A DNA stretch of 64,000 nucleotides from Octopus vulgaris. Taxonomy: Eukaryota. Both the position numbers and the translations under genes were made by a program. The DNA lies in the NCBI GenBank assembly GCA_951406725.2, contig OX597823.1:28706001-28770000 (forward strand). Reading direction: 5' to 3'. Under the pieces are notes generated by a model that worked only from the letters and a program-made list of their open reading frames with translations, was not told the origin of the DNA and did not search any database. Shown piece by piece: positions 55,201 through 64,000 of this stretch (positions are counted from its first letter, which is position 1; every line of letters begins with the position of its first letter).

Positions 55201-56568
55201 GGCCATTAACACCCTGGCACTTCCAGTAGTCCAGTACAGTTTTAACATCATTAACTGGAACCTTACGGAACTCCAACGCTTGGACAGGAAGACAAGAAAG
55301 TTACTGACATCCAAGAGCATGCACCACCCTAAGGCAGATGTAGACCGCTTGTACCTACCTAGAAGCAGCGGGGGGAGAGGAATGATGCAATTAGAGCTGT
55401 GCTATAAGACCTCTACTGTAGGAATGAACAGGTACCTATCTAGTACAAAGGACTGGATGCTGCGCCTTGTGTGCGAACACGAAAGCAGCAAAAAGCTGCA
55501 TTCTATTGTCAAGGAAGCTTATGAGTTCGAAAGGGAACTAGACGTTAACCTTGAATCAGATGAAGAGTCGGAAACCACTGCTACCAAGCAAGCAAAGCGA
55601 ATCAAGCAGACTGCAAAAAAGAACGGGCAGAATCAAATTGAGAGGCGGTGGAGCCAGAAGCCCCTGCATGGACAATATATTCTCCGAAGCCAAAATGCTG
55701 ATGTAGACCAAGCAACAACCCATCAGTGGCTGAAGAGCTCTGGATTGAAAGCAGAGACTGAAGGCTTCATAATGGCAGCACAAGATCAAAGCTTGTTTAC
55801 CAGAAATTACCAGGCTAACGTTCTCCGAAACGGTACTGACCCTAAATGCAGATTCTGTGACACATTTGACGAAACAATAGACCATCTCGTTTCGGGATGT
55901 CCTGTGCTGACACCAAACGAATACAAAAATCGCCACGATAGGGTAGGACAGTATATACATTGGAAGATATGTAAACACTACAAATCCGACACTCCTGCTA
56001 ACTTGTATGAACACCATCCTCAGCCAGTTGTTGAAGGTAAAGATGTCACCATCCTCTGGGATTTTCCAGTCAACACTGACAGAACGATCAAGGCTAATCG
56101 ACCAGACATAATTGTGAAAGACAGGGAAGAAAATACCTGCAGACTAATAGAAGTAAGCGTCCCCACTGATAAAAATGTATCTGTCAGGGAATTTGACAAA
56201 CTTAGTAAATATAAGGACCTAGAAATCGAAATACAGAGGATGTGGAATCTTAAAACAAAAACTGTTCCTGTTATTGTAGGTGCCCTAGGTATGATAAAAA
56301 AGGGATGTCAGAAACACCTAGACAATATCCCTGGAAAACCATGTCTCAAGGAAATCCAAAAGATTGTGCTAACAAGTACTGCCCACATCCTTAGAAAAAC
56401 CCTATCAATGTAAATGTTTGTGTTTGCATTACATGGAGATATATCTCTACTTCCCCTCCCCAAGCTTTCAGCTATATTTCAACAACTCTTAACCTTCACT
56501 TGCCCTAGGGCGCTGGGTGTGCTCCGGCAAGTGATTGCATCAAACATGCAGATTAAAAGTAAATGACA
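52256..56568 (+). mobile_element. Apparently full-length Dong/R4-clade non-LTR retrotransposon
   Basis: Single intact ORF, ~150-bp 3' UTR ending in (TAA)n; 5' boundary uncertain (51958 or about 52256). Confidence 0.85.
52508..56413 (+). CDS. R4/Dong-type protein: Myb-like N-terminus, RT, CCHC finger, RLE endonuclease (1301 aa)
   Basis: RIKWTRED, KWKTPGLD, NYRPITCL, DYRKAYDSV, GIFQGDSLSP, YMDD, YKYLG, CRFC..ETIDHLVSGC, RHD, RPDI..IEVSVP..K..KY..L. Confidence 0.95.
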   Translation: MPGNMTTKINRGEFRSVSLTRVRYEQYINSENSEAVSCQKIDPVQTLPSSNVTVTEAASCQKVDPEKMDPSDVAVNHLMKTSQKSCRIGHRPGQQGPRYPVGNQTGVEKFAAGTNSQKDDLPGDQNQNTSNSGLVVTPPKTPPKAKRIKWTREDYRDVLKAFYTAQLNPNNNLSVQTYISWRNSVGNDVRRYIDANKLSNVRRDIIKNKRLTDAEMDKIRTLIAHGRPKENSNNVDEIGNSSTEASVQAANQLPNGEVKQRIAKTRYLKKEENVDLPQENQNRYDIEFEVTNREKIMEAKVDIMRELGKIELTDMVNREPLPKFSNGTRNDNTIMTYNVALGQILRNKGNDLTTLNNLIYSTAKVVTTQLGIKMTKKKARHVNEPPKWKVAIQKEIESLRADVSVLDELARGVNIKPRKARKIKQKYKIKDLINLPATKELLKQRIQLKAQRLRRYDKRNKFYRQNKFFKTDAKKFYREIGKNKIHIEDPPKIEDVEEFWKKVWSNEKEFNAEADWIEREKERLDELEEQKWEAIGIEELRCVLRKAHKWKTPGLDRIPNFWLNCLTEVHGHLAASLSDIIQNPEQIPAWLTEGTTYLLPKTEDTKNPKNYRPITCLNTTYKILTSIITERMYAFLEQNSILPQAQKGCKRNSYGCKDQLLINRMIVENCRSKNKNLSMAWIDYRKAYDSVPHKWILKALEIYKISPVVSKFLENSMTMWNTRLFLSHSNGMSQSNSINIKRGIFQGDSLSPLLFCMALIPLSNELDSTRYGYKVFSKLINHLFYMDDLKLFARNDQELEGLLTTVKEFSNDIGMDFGLDKCAKATFVRGKLRQTASVKLDIDTTIKELDPQESYKYLGINEGDGIHHATMKEKIRKEYYRRIRLVLKTELNSKNCIEAINTLALPVVQYSFNIINWNLTELQRLDRKTRKLLTSKSMHHPKADVDRLYLPRSSGGRGMMQLELCYKTSTVGMNRYLSSTKDWMLRLVCEHESSKKLHSIVKEAYEFERELDVNLESDEESETTATKQAKRIKQTAKKNGQNQIERRWSQKPLHGQYILRSQNADVDQATTHQWLKSSGLKAETEGFIMAAQDQSLFTRNYQANVLRNGTDPKCRFCDTFDETIDHLVSGCPVLTPNEYKNRHDRVGQYIHWKICKHYKSDTPANLYEHHPQPVVEGKDVTILWDFPVNTDRTIKANRPDIIVKDREENTCRLIEVSVPTDKNVSVREFDKLSKYKDLEIEIQRMWNLKTKTVPVIVGALGMIKKGCQKHLDNIPGKPCLKEIQKIVLTSTAHILRKTLSM

Positions 56569-56652
56569 ATAATAATAATAATAATAATAATAATGATAAT
56601 AGAATGAATGTGACCTTGATATTATGTAAATAGAGGAATTTATTTATAAATA

Positions 56653-56817
56653 TATATGACAATCAGTTGGTTGTCATAATACAACTCAGAGTTTCGGATG
56701 CCGGGGCTTAAGTCTGCTCCGGCATCTCACCAGAACTGATGAGATGCCGGAGCAGATATCAGCCCTGGCATCCGAAACTCTAAGTTTTATTATGACAACC
56801 AGCTAATTGTCACATAT
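56653..56817. repeat. Palindrome made of two head-to-head HHR-bearing 3' ends
   Basis: Each arm reads CUG(A/G)UGA-GAUGCCGG...C(C/U)GGCAUC-C-GAAA-CUCU(A/G)AG-UU; arms joined at CAG-AA-CTG (56731-56738). Confidence 0.75.
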
Positions 56818-56887
<70 letters not shown>

Positions 56888-57952
56888 CATATGCGTAAAT
56901 ATAAGAGGGAATTTTTTAACTACTATGTAGAAACCGTTATGCTAGATGAAGATCCGCTATGGTCTCAACCACTAAGAATTGTTCTCCAGAAAATTTAGCA
57001 CACCAGAAACGTAAGCGAGATCTTAAAGTTCGTCATTATCACTTCTTAAATATAAGTGATAATTTCTGTTTCTTTCTTGGCTGAGATGCTGATAGTCACT
57101 GACGGGTAATCGAGGTCATGTGGGAAGTGAAAGATATTTTAAAATCAAATAAGTTTTTTTTTTTTTACCAAATAATATTGGTCCTTGTAAATTACGTTCA
57201 TACGAGTATCCGAAGCTATGCGTATATGTGAATATGCGAGTGTGGGAGTGCATAAGCAGCAAATTTAATATTTCTTTCTTTGAGAAGTTAAAAGACTATC
57301 CAACATATTGTTTAGAAATGGAGAGACTGTTAATAGAAAGAATTCCTTAAATTAAATAACTCTGCTCAAAGGAACATCAACAATAAAAAAAAACGAAACA
57401 AACATTGCTACGTCTTGAACACTCTTCATGAGATGGGATGAAAGCGTTAGGTTAGAAGTATGTCCTTCTTCATCTGTACTTTCTGTTTTTTTTTCTTTTG
57501 TTCCAATTTAAATCATCGAGAAAATAGGATTTCATTTGCATATTTTCTCTGACACATTTCTTGTTCCCTATTCTACTATAATCTTTTTTATAATTCAATT
57601 CTCCACTGGAAACTTTTCATTATTATACAGACAGACTTCTCAGTATATCCTTTGAGTGCGAGAGTGTGTATGTATGAATATGTATATATATATATATATA
57701 TATATATCGGAAGGTTTGGAGATGATGTACAGGTATTATATATTAGAAAAATTGAGGTAATCAGATCAGATGGTTCATATTTGTAGATATTTATTTATAT
57801 ATTACATTTTTTACATATATATCATATCATTTGGATTAGCGCTTGCTCCCATTCTAGTGGGTTTTCAAATCAAATCAGTTGTGGGTAGTTTGAACCTTTT
57901 TATAGTTTCGTAGTAGTGGGTGAGGAGGAAGTGAGACAGAGAGAAAATATGT

Positions 57953-58028
<76 letters not shown>

Positions 58029-58236
58029 ATTTATATCTGAGAGTGAAGAAGTGTTATTTCCGTTGGTCTGCTGGACCCCCTGTGGTTTTATAAGAACTTT
58101 GGCTGTCCATTTCAATGTCACTGAGTGTGTGTTGTGCATAGGTTGGCCTGGCAAATGTCATTTGGGGTCACACTTTCTATGATCATTCTGTGGAGGTGTG
58201 TGTGTGTGTGTGTCTCTGTGTGTCTGTGTGTGTTTT

Positions 58237-58274
<38 letters not shown>

Positions 58275-58792
58275 TGTGTGTGTGTCTGTGTGTTTGGAGA
58301 AGGGGAGAGAGACAAAAAGAGAAAAGGGAAAATAAAAATAATAATAATAAAAATAAAAAATTAAAAAATAAAAAAAATAAAATAAAATAAAAACAAAAAA
58401 TAAAAAATAAAATAAAAAAATATAAAGAATAAATAAAAATATATAAAGAATAAAAAATAAAAAAATAAAAATAAAAATAAAAATAAGGGAGGAAGTGGAG
58501 AAGAAAAAATATTTTTGTGTGTTGATATTTATACCAACACATATATATACACACACACACAGACTTATACATAAAATATTTGAAAAAAACCTTTTTATCG
58601 GTTCAAAATGAACAACCAAATTATACCATCTTGAAAGTTGTATGTCATAGGAAAGTTAAAATTAAAGTGACAATTAAAGGGTAAAGATGGAAGTGAATTA
58701 TAAAGATAATAATATAATATGATGTATATAACAGGCAATACACACATCTACACACACACAGATTTTTCCTTCAATGTATGTTGAGTAAAGTT

Positions 58793-60982
58793 TCAGCCAT
58801 TTAATTTGGGGGAGAACTTAGCTATGAAATGTTTTTCCATATTCCTCCTGAAGGGGGTGTCATTCTTCGGACACTTGTAGAAGGGAAATATCTTAAATTT
58901 TCCTTCTCCACATGTAGCTAGGTGTGTGCTTAGTGGTATTTTGCGTAGTTCTTCCTGCCGAATATGTTGTCGGTGGATCCTGGCTCGCTGGCACAAAGAA
59001 TTACCAGTTTCTCCTACGTAATTCTCCTTGCATGTGGGGCAGGTTATGCAGTATATGACGTTCTGCGTCTTGCAGTTCATATCTGCATTTACTTTGAATA
59101 TGACACCATTTTTAAATCTTATCTCTCTGTTGCTCTCTATGTATTTGTAGGTGGGGTTGCTGCAGGTCCCACATCTACCATCTCCGCACTCTTTTGCAAA
59201 GAATTCCGTTTTAGTTTCTGAAGAGAATTTCGCTCTTGTTAGGTGTTTTTTTAGGTTTTTGTCCTGTCGTCTACTGTTTTTTATGCTATATTTGTTTAAT
59301 ATGTTTTTCATTTTGGGGCTCTGTAAGGCTATTGGTAGGTTTGAATGTATGGTTTGGAAGATGTTGGTAACTCCAGGGTTGTGTGTGTTTATAAAAGGGA
59401 TAGTGTTTTCTTTGTTTTTTGTTTTGGGTGTCCTGAGTTGTGTGATGTCTAGTTTTAATGCTCTTGTGATTCCATTTTCTATTAGTTTAAGGGGGTATTT
59501 TTGCTCTAGGAGGAAGCTTTTGAGTTCATCTAGTCTTATTAATCGTATTTGTGAATCAGTTACTATGCTACATATTCGTCGTGCCATACTATATGGGATG
59601 TTTCTTTTTGTGTGGGATGGGTGGCAGGAGTGGAAATTTAAGTATTGATGTGTGTCAGTTTTTTTGTAGTGGATGTCTGTTGTGACGATGGAGTTGTGTA
59701 TTTTGATGTTGATGTCTAGGAAGGGAAGTTCGTTGTGGCTGGTATCTATTGTGAAATTGATAGATGGGTGCAGCGTATTGAGGATGTTGTGGAATGTTTG
59801 TAGGTCCTCTTCTGATCTGTTCCAAAAGATGAAACAGTCATCGAGGTAGCGTTTCCACTTTTTCTTGATGTCTTCTCTGAAGTCGTGTTCGAAGACTTTC
59901 CCTATTTCGTCATATAGTTTTTTCTCCAGGAAGCCCATCACTAGGTTGGCATATGAAGGTGCGAATTTTGTACCCATAGCCGTGCCTTTTATCTGTCGGT
60001 ATGTCTTGTTGTTGAATGAGAATGTGTTTTCTTCTAGTATTAGTTGGGTGGCTTGGGTGATAAAGTTTGTCTTGAAGCGTTCATCTATAAGTTCTCTGTA
60101 TTTTTCTATTGATTGTTTTATAGCTTCTAGACCTAGGGTGTGTGGTATGTTTGTGTATAGATTTGTGACATCAAAGCTTGCAAGTATGGTGTTTTTCGGG
60201 ACTGTATTTGGAATGTGTGTGAGGAAGTCTATGTCATCCCTTATGTAGCTTGGAATCTGTGGGCATAGAGGTTTGAGGAGTATATCTATGAAGTGGCTTA
60301 GTTGTTGTGTTGGTGCCTGGGGTCCTGCCACTATTGGTCTCATCGTGAGGTCTGCAGGTCTTTGTACTCTTATGTAGTGGTTCCTCTGTTCCTTTATGGC
60401 TCTCTGTATTTCCGAGCTTTTATGAATTTTAGGTAATCCATAAAAGTTGCTTTCTTTGGTTTGTGAGTTGCATAGATAATCTTCCTCCTTATCTGTAAAG
60501 GAGTCCTGATATTCATTGACTAAAGTTCTAATTTTTCTTATTGTTGTTTTCTCCGGTGGTGTTGGTTCCTCTTTGTAATATGTCTGGTTGTTCAGTAACT
60601 CTAGTATCTTTTCTTTGTAGTAATCTGTGTCCATAATTACTATTGCTCCACCTTTGTCAGCTTCTTTTATAACGATTGATTTGTCATTTTTCAGTTTTTG
60701 TAGGGCTTGCTTTTCTTCTCTGCGGAGATTCTGTTTGCATTTGTGTGTGTGAAGAGGGAATTTGGATATTGTTTCTATGTACGTGTCAAGGTGTTTGTCA
60801 CTTCCCTTGTAAGGGGTGAAGTGGGATTTTTTTCTTATGATTGAGTTATCTTCTGTTTCTTTATTTTCAAAGAATTCCATAAGGCGGAGGTAGCGGCTGA
60901 AGTTATCTATGTCAGTTTTTAGTTCTATGAGGTTTGGAGTGGGTGTAGGTGTAAATTTGAGGCCTTTTAGTAGTAGGTTCAT
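58793..60982 (-). CDS. PLE reverse transcriptase + GIY-YIG endonuclease, intact; frame stays open upstream to about 61120
   Basis: KGLKFTP, IKEADKGG, FYGLPKIHK, FDVTNLYTNIP, GTAMG, RYLDD, LPFLD, CGDGRCGTC, VIYCITCPTC..YVGETG. Confidence 0.95.
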   Translation of the reverse strand: MNLLLKGLKFTPTPTPNLIELKTDIDNFSRYLRLMEFFENKETEDNSIIRKKSHFTPYKGSDKHLDTYIETISKFPLHTHKCKQNLRREEKQALQKLKNDKSIVIKEADKGGAIVIMDTDYYKEKILELLNNQTYYKEEPTPPEKTTIRKIRTLVNEYQDSFTDKEEDYLCNSQTKESNFYGLPKIHKSSEIQRAIKEQRNHYIRVQRPADLTMRPIVAGPQAPTQQLSHFIDILLKPLCPQIPSYIRDDIDFLTHIPNTVPKNTILASFDVTNLYTNIPHTLGLEAIKQSIEKYRELIDERFKTNFITQATQLILEENTFSFNNKTYRQIKGTAMGTKFAPSYANLVMGFLEKKLYDEIGKVFEHDFREDIKKKWKRYLDDCFIFWNRSEEDLQTFHNILNTLHPSINFTIDTSHNELPFLDINIKIHNSIVTTDIHYKKTDTHQYLNFHSCHPSHTKRNIPYSMARRICSIVTDSQIRLIRLDELKSFLLEQKYPLKLIENGITRALKLDITQLRTPKTKNKENTIPFINTHNPGVTNIFQTIHSNLPIALQSPKMKNILNKYSIKNSRRQDKNLKKHLTRAKFSSETKTEFFAKECGDGRCGTCSNPTYKYIESNREIRFKNGVIFKVNADMNCKTQNVIYCITCPTCKENYVGETGNSLCQRARIHRQHIRQEELRKIPLSTHLATCGEGKFKIFPFYKCPKNDTPFRRNMEKHFIAKFSPKLNG

Positions 60983-61029
60983 TTCATATTCGTCAAGTTC
61001 TCTTTTAGATAAGTTTATTATTTTGGGGT

Positions 61030-61365
61030 CTATGTGTTTTGGGAGTTCATCCGGAATTTTTGGTGTATTGGGTCTGGAGTATGGTTGAAGTATCCTCTCC
61101 CTAAAAAATGGGTTGTGTTGTTACGTCTCCAAATTCCATTTTCAGTTCTTAGGTTTTCTTGTAGTTGGGGTGGTCTGTGTGGTCTGTATGTGTTGTTTTG
61201 TCTTTGGTAGTTGTTTTCTTCCCATCTTCTGTGTTGGTTGAGCCAATATTTATTACTGGGGTTCAGGTTTCTTTGTGGGTAGGTGGATGGTTCATGTATT
61301 GTGTTTGTATTGTATTGATAGTGGGAGTTGTTTTTTATCCATCTTGGAAATTTGTGGGGTTGCAT
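61030..61365 (-). CDS. PLE upstream ORF (N/Q/R/H-rich, 5'-truncated) overlapping the RT frame
   Basis: Open from the (TA)n boundary; contains CAT TTT TTA GGG (HFLG) overlapping the -1 RT frame. Confidence 0.5.
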   Translation of the reverse strand: MQPHKFPRWIKNNSHYQYNTNTIHEPSTYPQRNLNPSNKYWLNQHRRWEENNYQRQNNTYRPHRPPQLQENLRTENGIWRRNNTTHFLGRGYFNHTPDPIHQKFRMNSQNT

Positions 61366-61424
61366 GGGGTTGGTGTTTGTGTGGTTTCGATTTCCTTGAT
61401 GTTTGTTGTGGGTTATGTGTTGGT

Positions 61425-61471
<47 letters not shown>

Positions 61472-61705
61472 ACGGTGCATACGTATATTTGTCTGTGTAC
61501 GTGTATGTATCAGTAGTATGTGTGTTTCTGTGTAGATATATATATATATAAGTGGTCCATGGTCACACACACATGCACGTCCACGTGCACTCGTTCATCC
61601 AAACGTACATATATTGCCACGCATACAAACTGCTTCCAGGAACCTTTTCCTCCCCAAAATTCTTTCTTAGCAGAGACAAATATTAAATATCCGACACGAG
61701 TCAAC

Positions 61706-61739
<34 letters not shown>

Positions 61740-62532
61740 AAAAAGAACACGATAATAGGATTGAAGCCATATTTCAATTCCTTGGAAAAGTTAGACTTTC
61801 TTTTTTTACATCTGTATTAAAAGAAATATAAATAACCATCATTATTTCTAATTATTTTCTTTTTACCATTAATAATATATTTATGCTTATAAGTATGCTC
61901 TCCTCAATTTTTAATCATCTGAAGTTTTCCTATCAGGATGGAACTGGTTTCTAGCAAAGATAGAACGCTGCATCATAAGGATGTACAAAACACCATCGCA
62001 TTTCGAACTTAAGAAAAGGCATCCTTGTATGTTTGCAACTTGTATTTGTAACTTGATAAGGAAATCAACTTCAATTATTATCGTCATAAATGTGAATAGA
62101 AGCTGAATGTTTCGAAGCATTACTCTATAGCTATCGATGTGTTTTAGGGATAACGTCGACTCGTATGGAGAGGTAATGACTACATGACATTGTTGGGCAG
62201 CTGTTGATCGCATGTGAGGTGACTTCCACAGAAGTATGACATAATCAGCACTTTCAATGGCATGTTGGGAGTTCAAACGCTTAGGATTCGATGTGTAATG
62301 TGATATAGCATTCACTAGTGTCAGAAGAGTTGTACCTCGGGTCGATATTAGTTTTTCTTTGAGGTATGTCATTCCAGTCGTATGAAAGACTGTCAAGGAA
62401 GGAGTAGTTTTTGTTGAGAGGTTTTGTTGCTTAGAAATTCTGTATTCGAAGGTTGTCTGCACTGATCTCAAGTCTGAATTTCTTTCATTTCTTCTTTAGT
62501 AGAGCTTATAGACATCATTGTATGGAAGTTTG

Positions 62533-62717
<185 letters not shown>

Positions 62718-63100
62718 GGAGTGGCTGTGGGGTAAGTAGCTTGCTTACCAACAACAGGGTTCCGGGTTCAGTCTCTCTGCGTGGCACCTTGGACAAGTGT
62801 CTTCTACTATAGCCTCGGACCGACCAAAGCCTTGTGAATGGATTTGGTAGACGTCGTATGTGTATATATATATATGTATGTGTGTGTATATGTTTGTGTG
62901 CCTGTTTGTCCCCCTAACATCGCTTTACAACCGATGCTGTTGTGTTTACGGCCCCTTAACTAAGCGGTTCGATAAAAGAGACCGGTAGAATAAGTACTAG
63001 GCTTAAAAAGAATAAGTTCTGGGGACGATTTGACTGACTAAAGGCGGTGCTCCAGCATGGTCGCAGTCAAATAACTGAAACAAATAAAAGAATAAAAGAA
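62718..63100 (+). mobile_element. CORE-like tRNA SINE family B
   Basis: Collinear with 44543-44950. Confidence 0.8.
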
Positions 63101-63153
63101 TATACATCTATCCATCTATTCATCCATCCATATATATATATATATATGTACAT

Positions 63154-63231
<78 letters not shown>

Positions 63232-63289
63232 TTATTTATGGTCGTTGTCTACTCCTCATCCAGTCTCACCACCTCCTGTACCTACATCT

Positions 63290-64000
63290 TAGAATCATCA
63301 TGGCGTGTGAAGTGGCTTTTTAAACCAGACAATGTTTTGAAAAGACATATACATAGATTGCATATCTGATTTGCAGCACCAAGAGCTGATCTGTGTAGAC
63401 GTTGTGATGTTTGTGGATCTTAAGATGTCTTTCAAGGCTTCCGTCAGATTTGCAGACCTTATGGCATACATTGCACTGAAAGGCATGCACAGACATATAT
63501 GCAGGCTAGTTGGTGGAGCTTCGTTTGCATGGCTTTGTAAATGAGACTTAAGCCCAGCAAAAGAAAAGCGTGGTCTGTCACAAACTGTACACACAAAAAG
63601 TTCATTGTGATTCACCTTCTTGAGCCTAACCTTCTTTAAATCTCCCTTGAGTCTTGCATGCGTGTATCCTGGCCTCTTCATATGCTTTCACTCCTCCACT
63701 TCACACTTTTTTTCGCCATTCAACTAGATCCTAAGCAAGGGTTTCTATGTCTTTTGGATCCATTCCAAGTGACTTCATATTAGTTCTTATGCCTTCCTTA
63801 AACCACATTTTAGATTTATACCGATATCGTTTCCCCTCTGCAAGCTCACCATAAAACAACAGTTTGGGTGTGCGGCCATCCGCCATCTCATTTGGTTTCT
63901 CAAAATCATCGCTTTAATTGATGTGATGCCTGCAGACGCAAGGACATCTGTGTTTGGTGTAAAAGAACTCCATTCAATGTTTAAAACGCGATGAAGGCAT
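63290..64000 (-). pseudogene. 3' end of a decayed RTE (BovB-like) LINE with C2H2 zinc fingers
   Basis: MADGRTPKLLFYGELAEGKR; CTVCDR..FAGLKSHLQSH; in another frame CNVCHKVCKSDGSLERHLKIH, then a third C..C...LSGLKSHFTRH. Confidence 0.75.

Larger units (their letters stand above)
57708..61427 (-). mobile_element. Second Penelope-like element (Neptune type, different family)
   Basis: RT-GIY-YIG ORF plus upstream ORF; 5' end at (TA)n; 3' boundary approximate. Confidence 0.75.

Noticed and set aside
57708-58790. Expected hammerhead downstream of the second PLE
   Set aside because: None found by eye; the region is microsatellite-rich and may be deleted or divergent.
61911-62471. 186-aa minus-strand ORF
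   Set aside because: No recognisable domain or coding signature.

Overview
Animal (eukaryotic) genomic DNA, AT-rich and dense in microsatellites, almost certainly cephalopod (Octopus-like; inferred from the SINE families and repeat landscape). I found no host gene I can support; most short ORFs in the track are microsatellite or antisense artefacts. The window is built from mobile DNA: an intact Dong/R4-type RLE non-LTR retrotransposon (52508-56413) plus a truncated relative; Neptune-type Penelope-like elements (PLEs), one forming a 5.2-kb head-to-head palindrome (20581-25776) and one with a candidate HIV-like -1 frameshift site (61102-61108); fragments of Naiad PLE, CR1/L2, RTE, Gypsy and piggyBac; two non-autonomous Helitrons; and many tRNA-derived SINEs. 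The main unannotated signal is about a dozen minimal type I hammerhead ribozymes (HHRs), folded by eye, from several unrelated small element families. Most have palindromic (dimer-type) stem III, and several have recurrent non-canonical cores (G3-C8 swap, A6U, U4C). One family joins a tRNA-like Pol III head, a (TAA)n tract and an HHR. At least five insertions consist of two 3' ends joined head-to-head.
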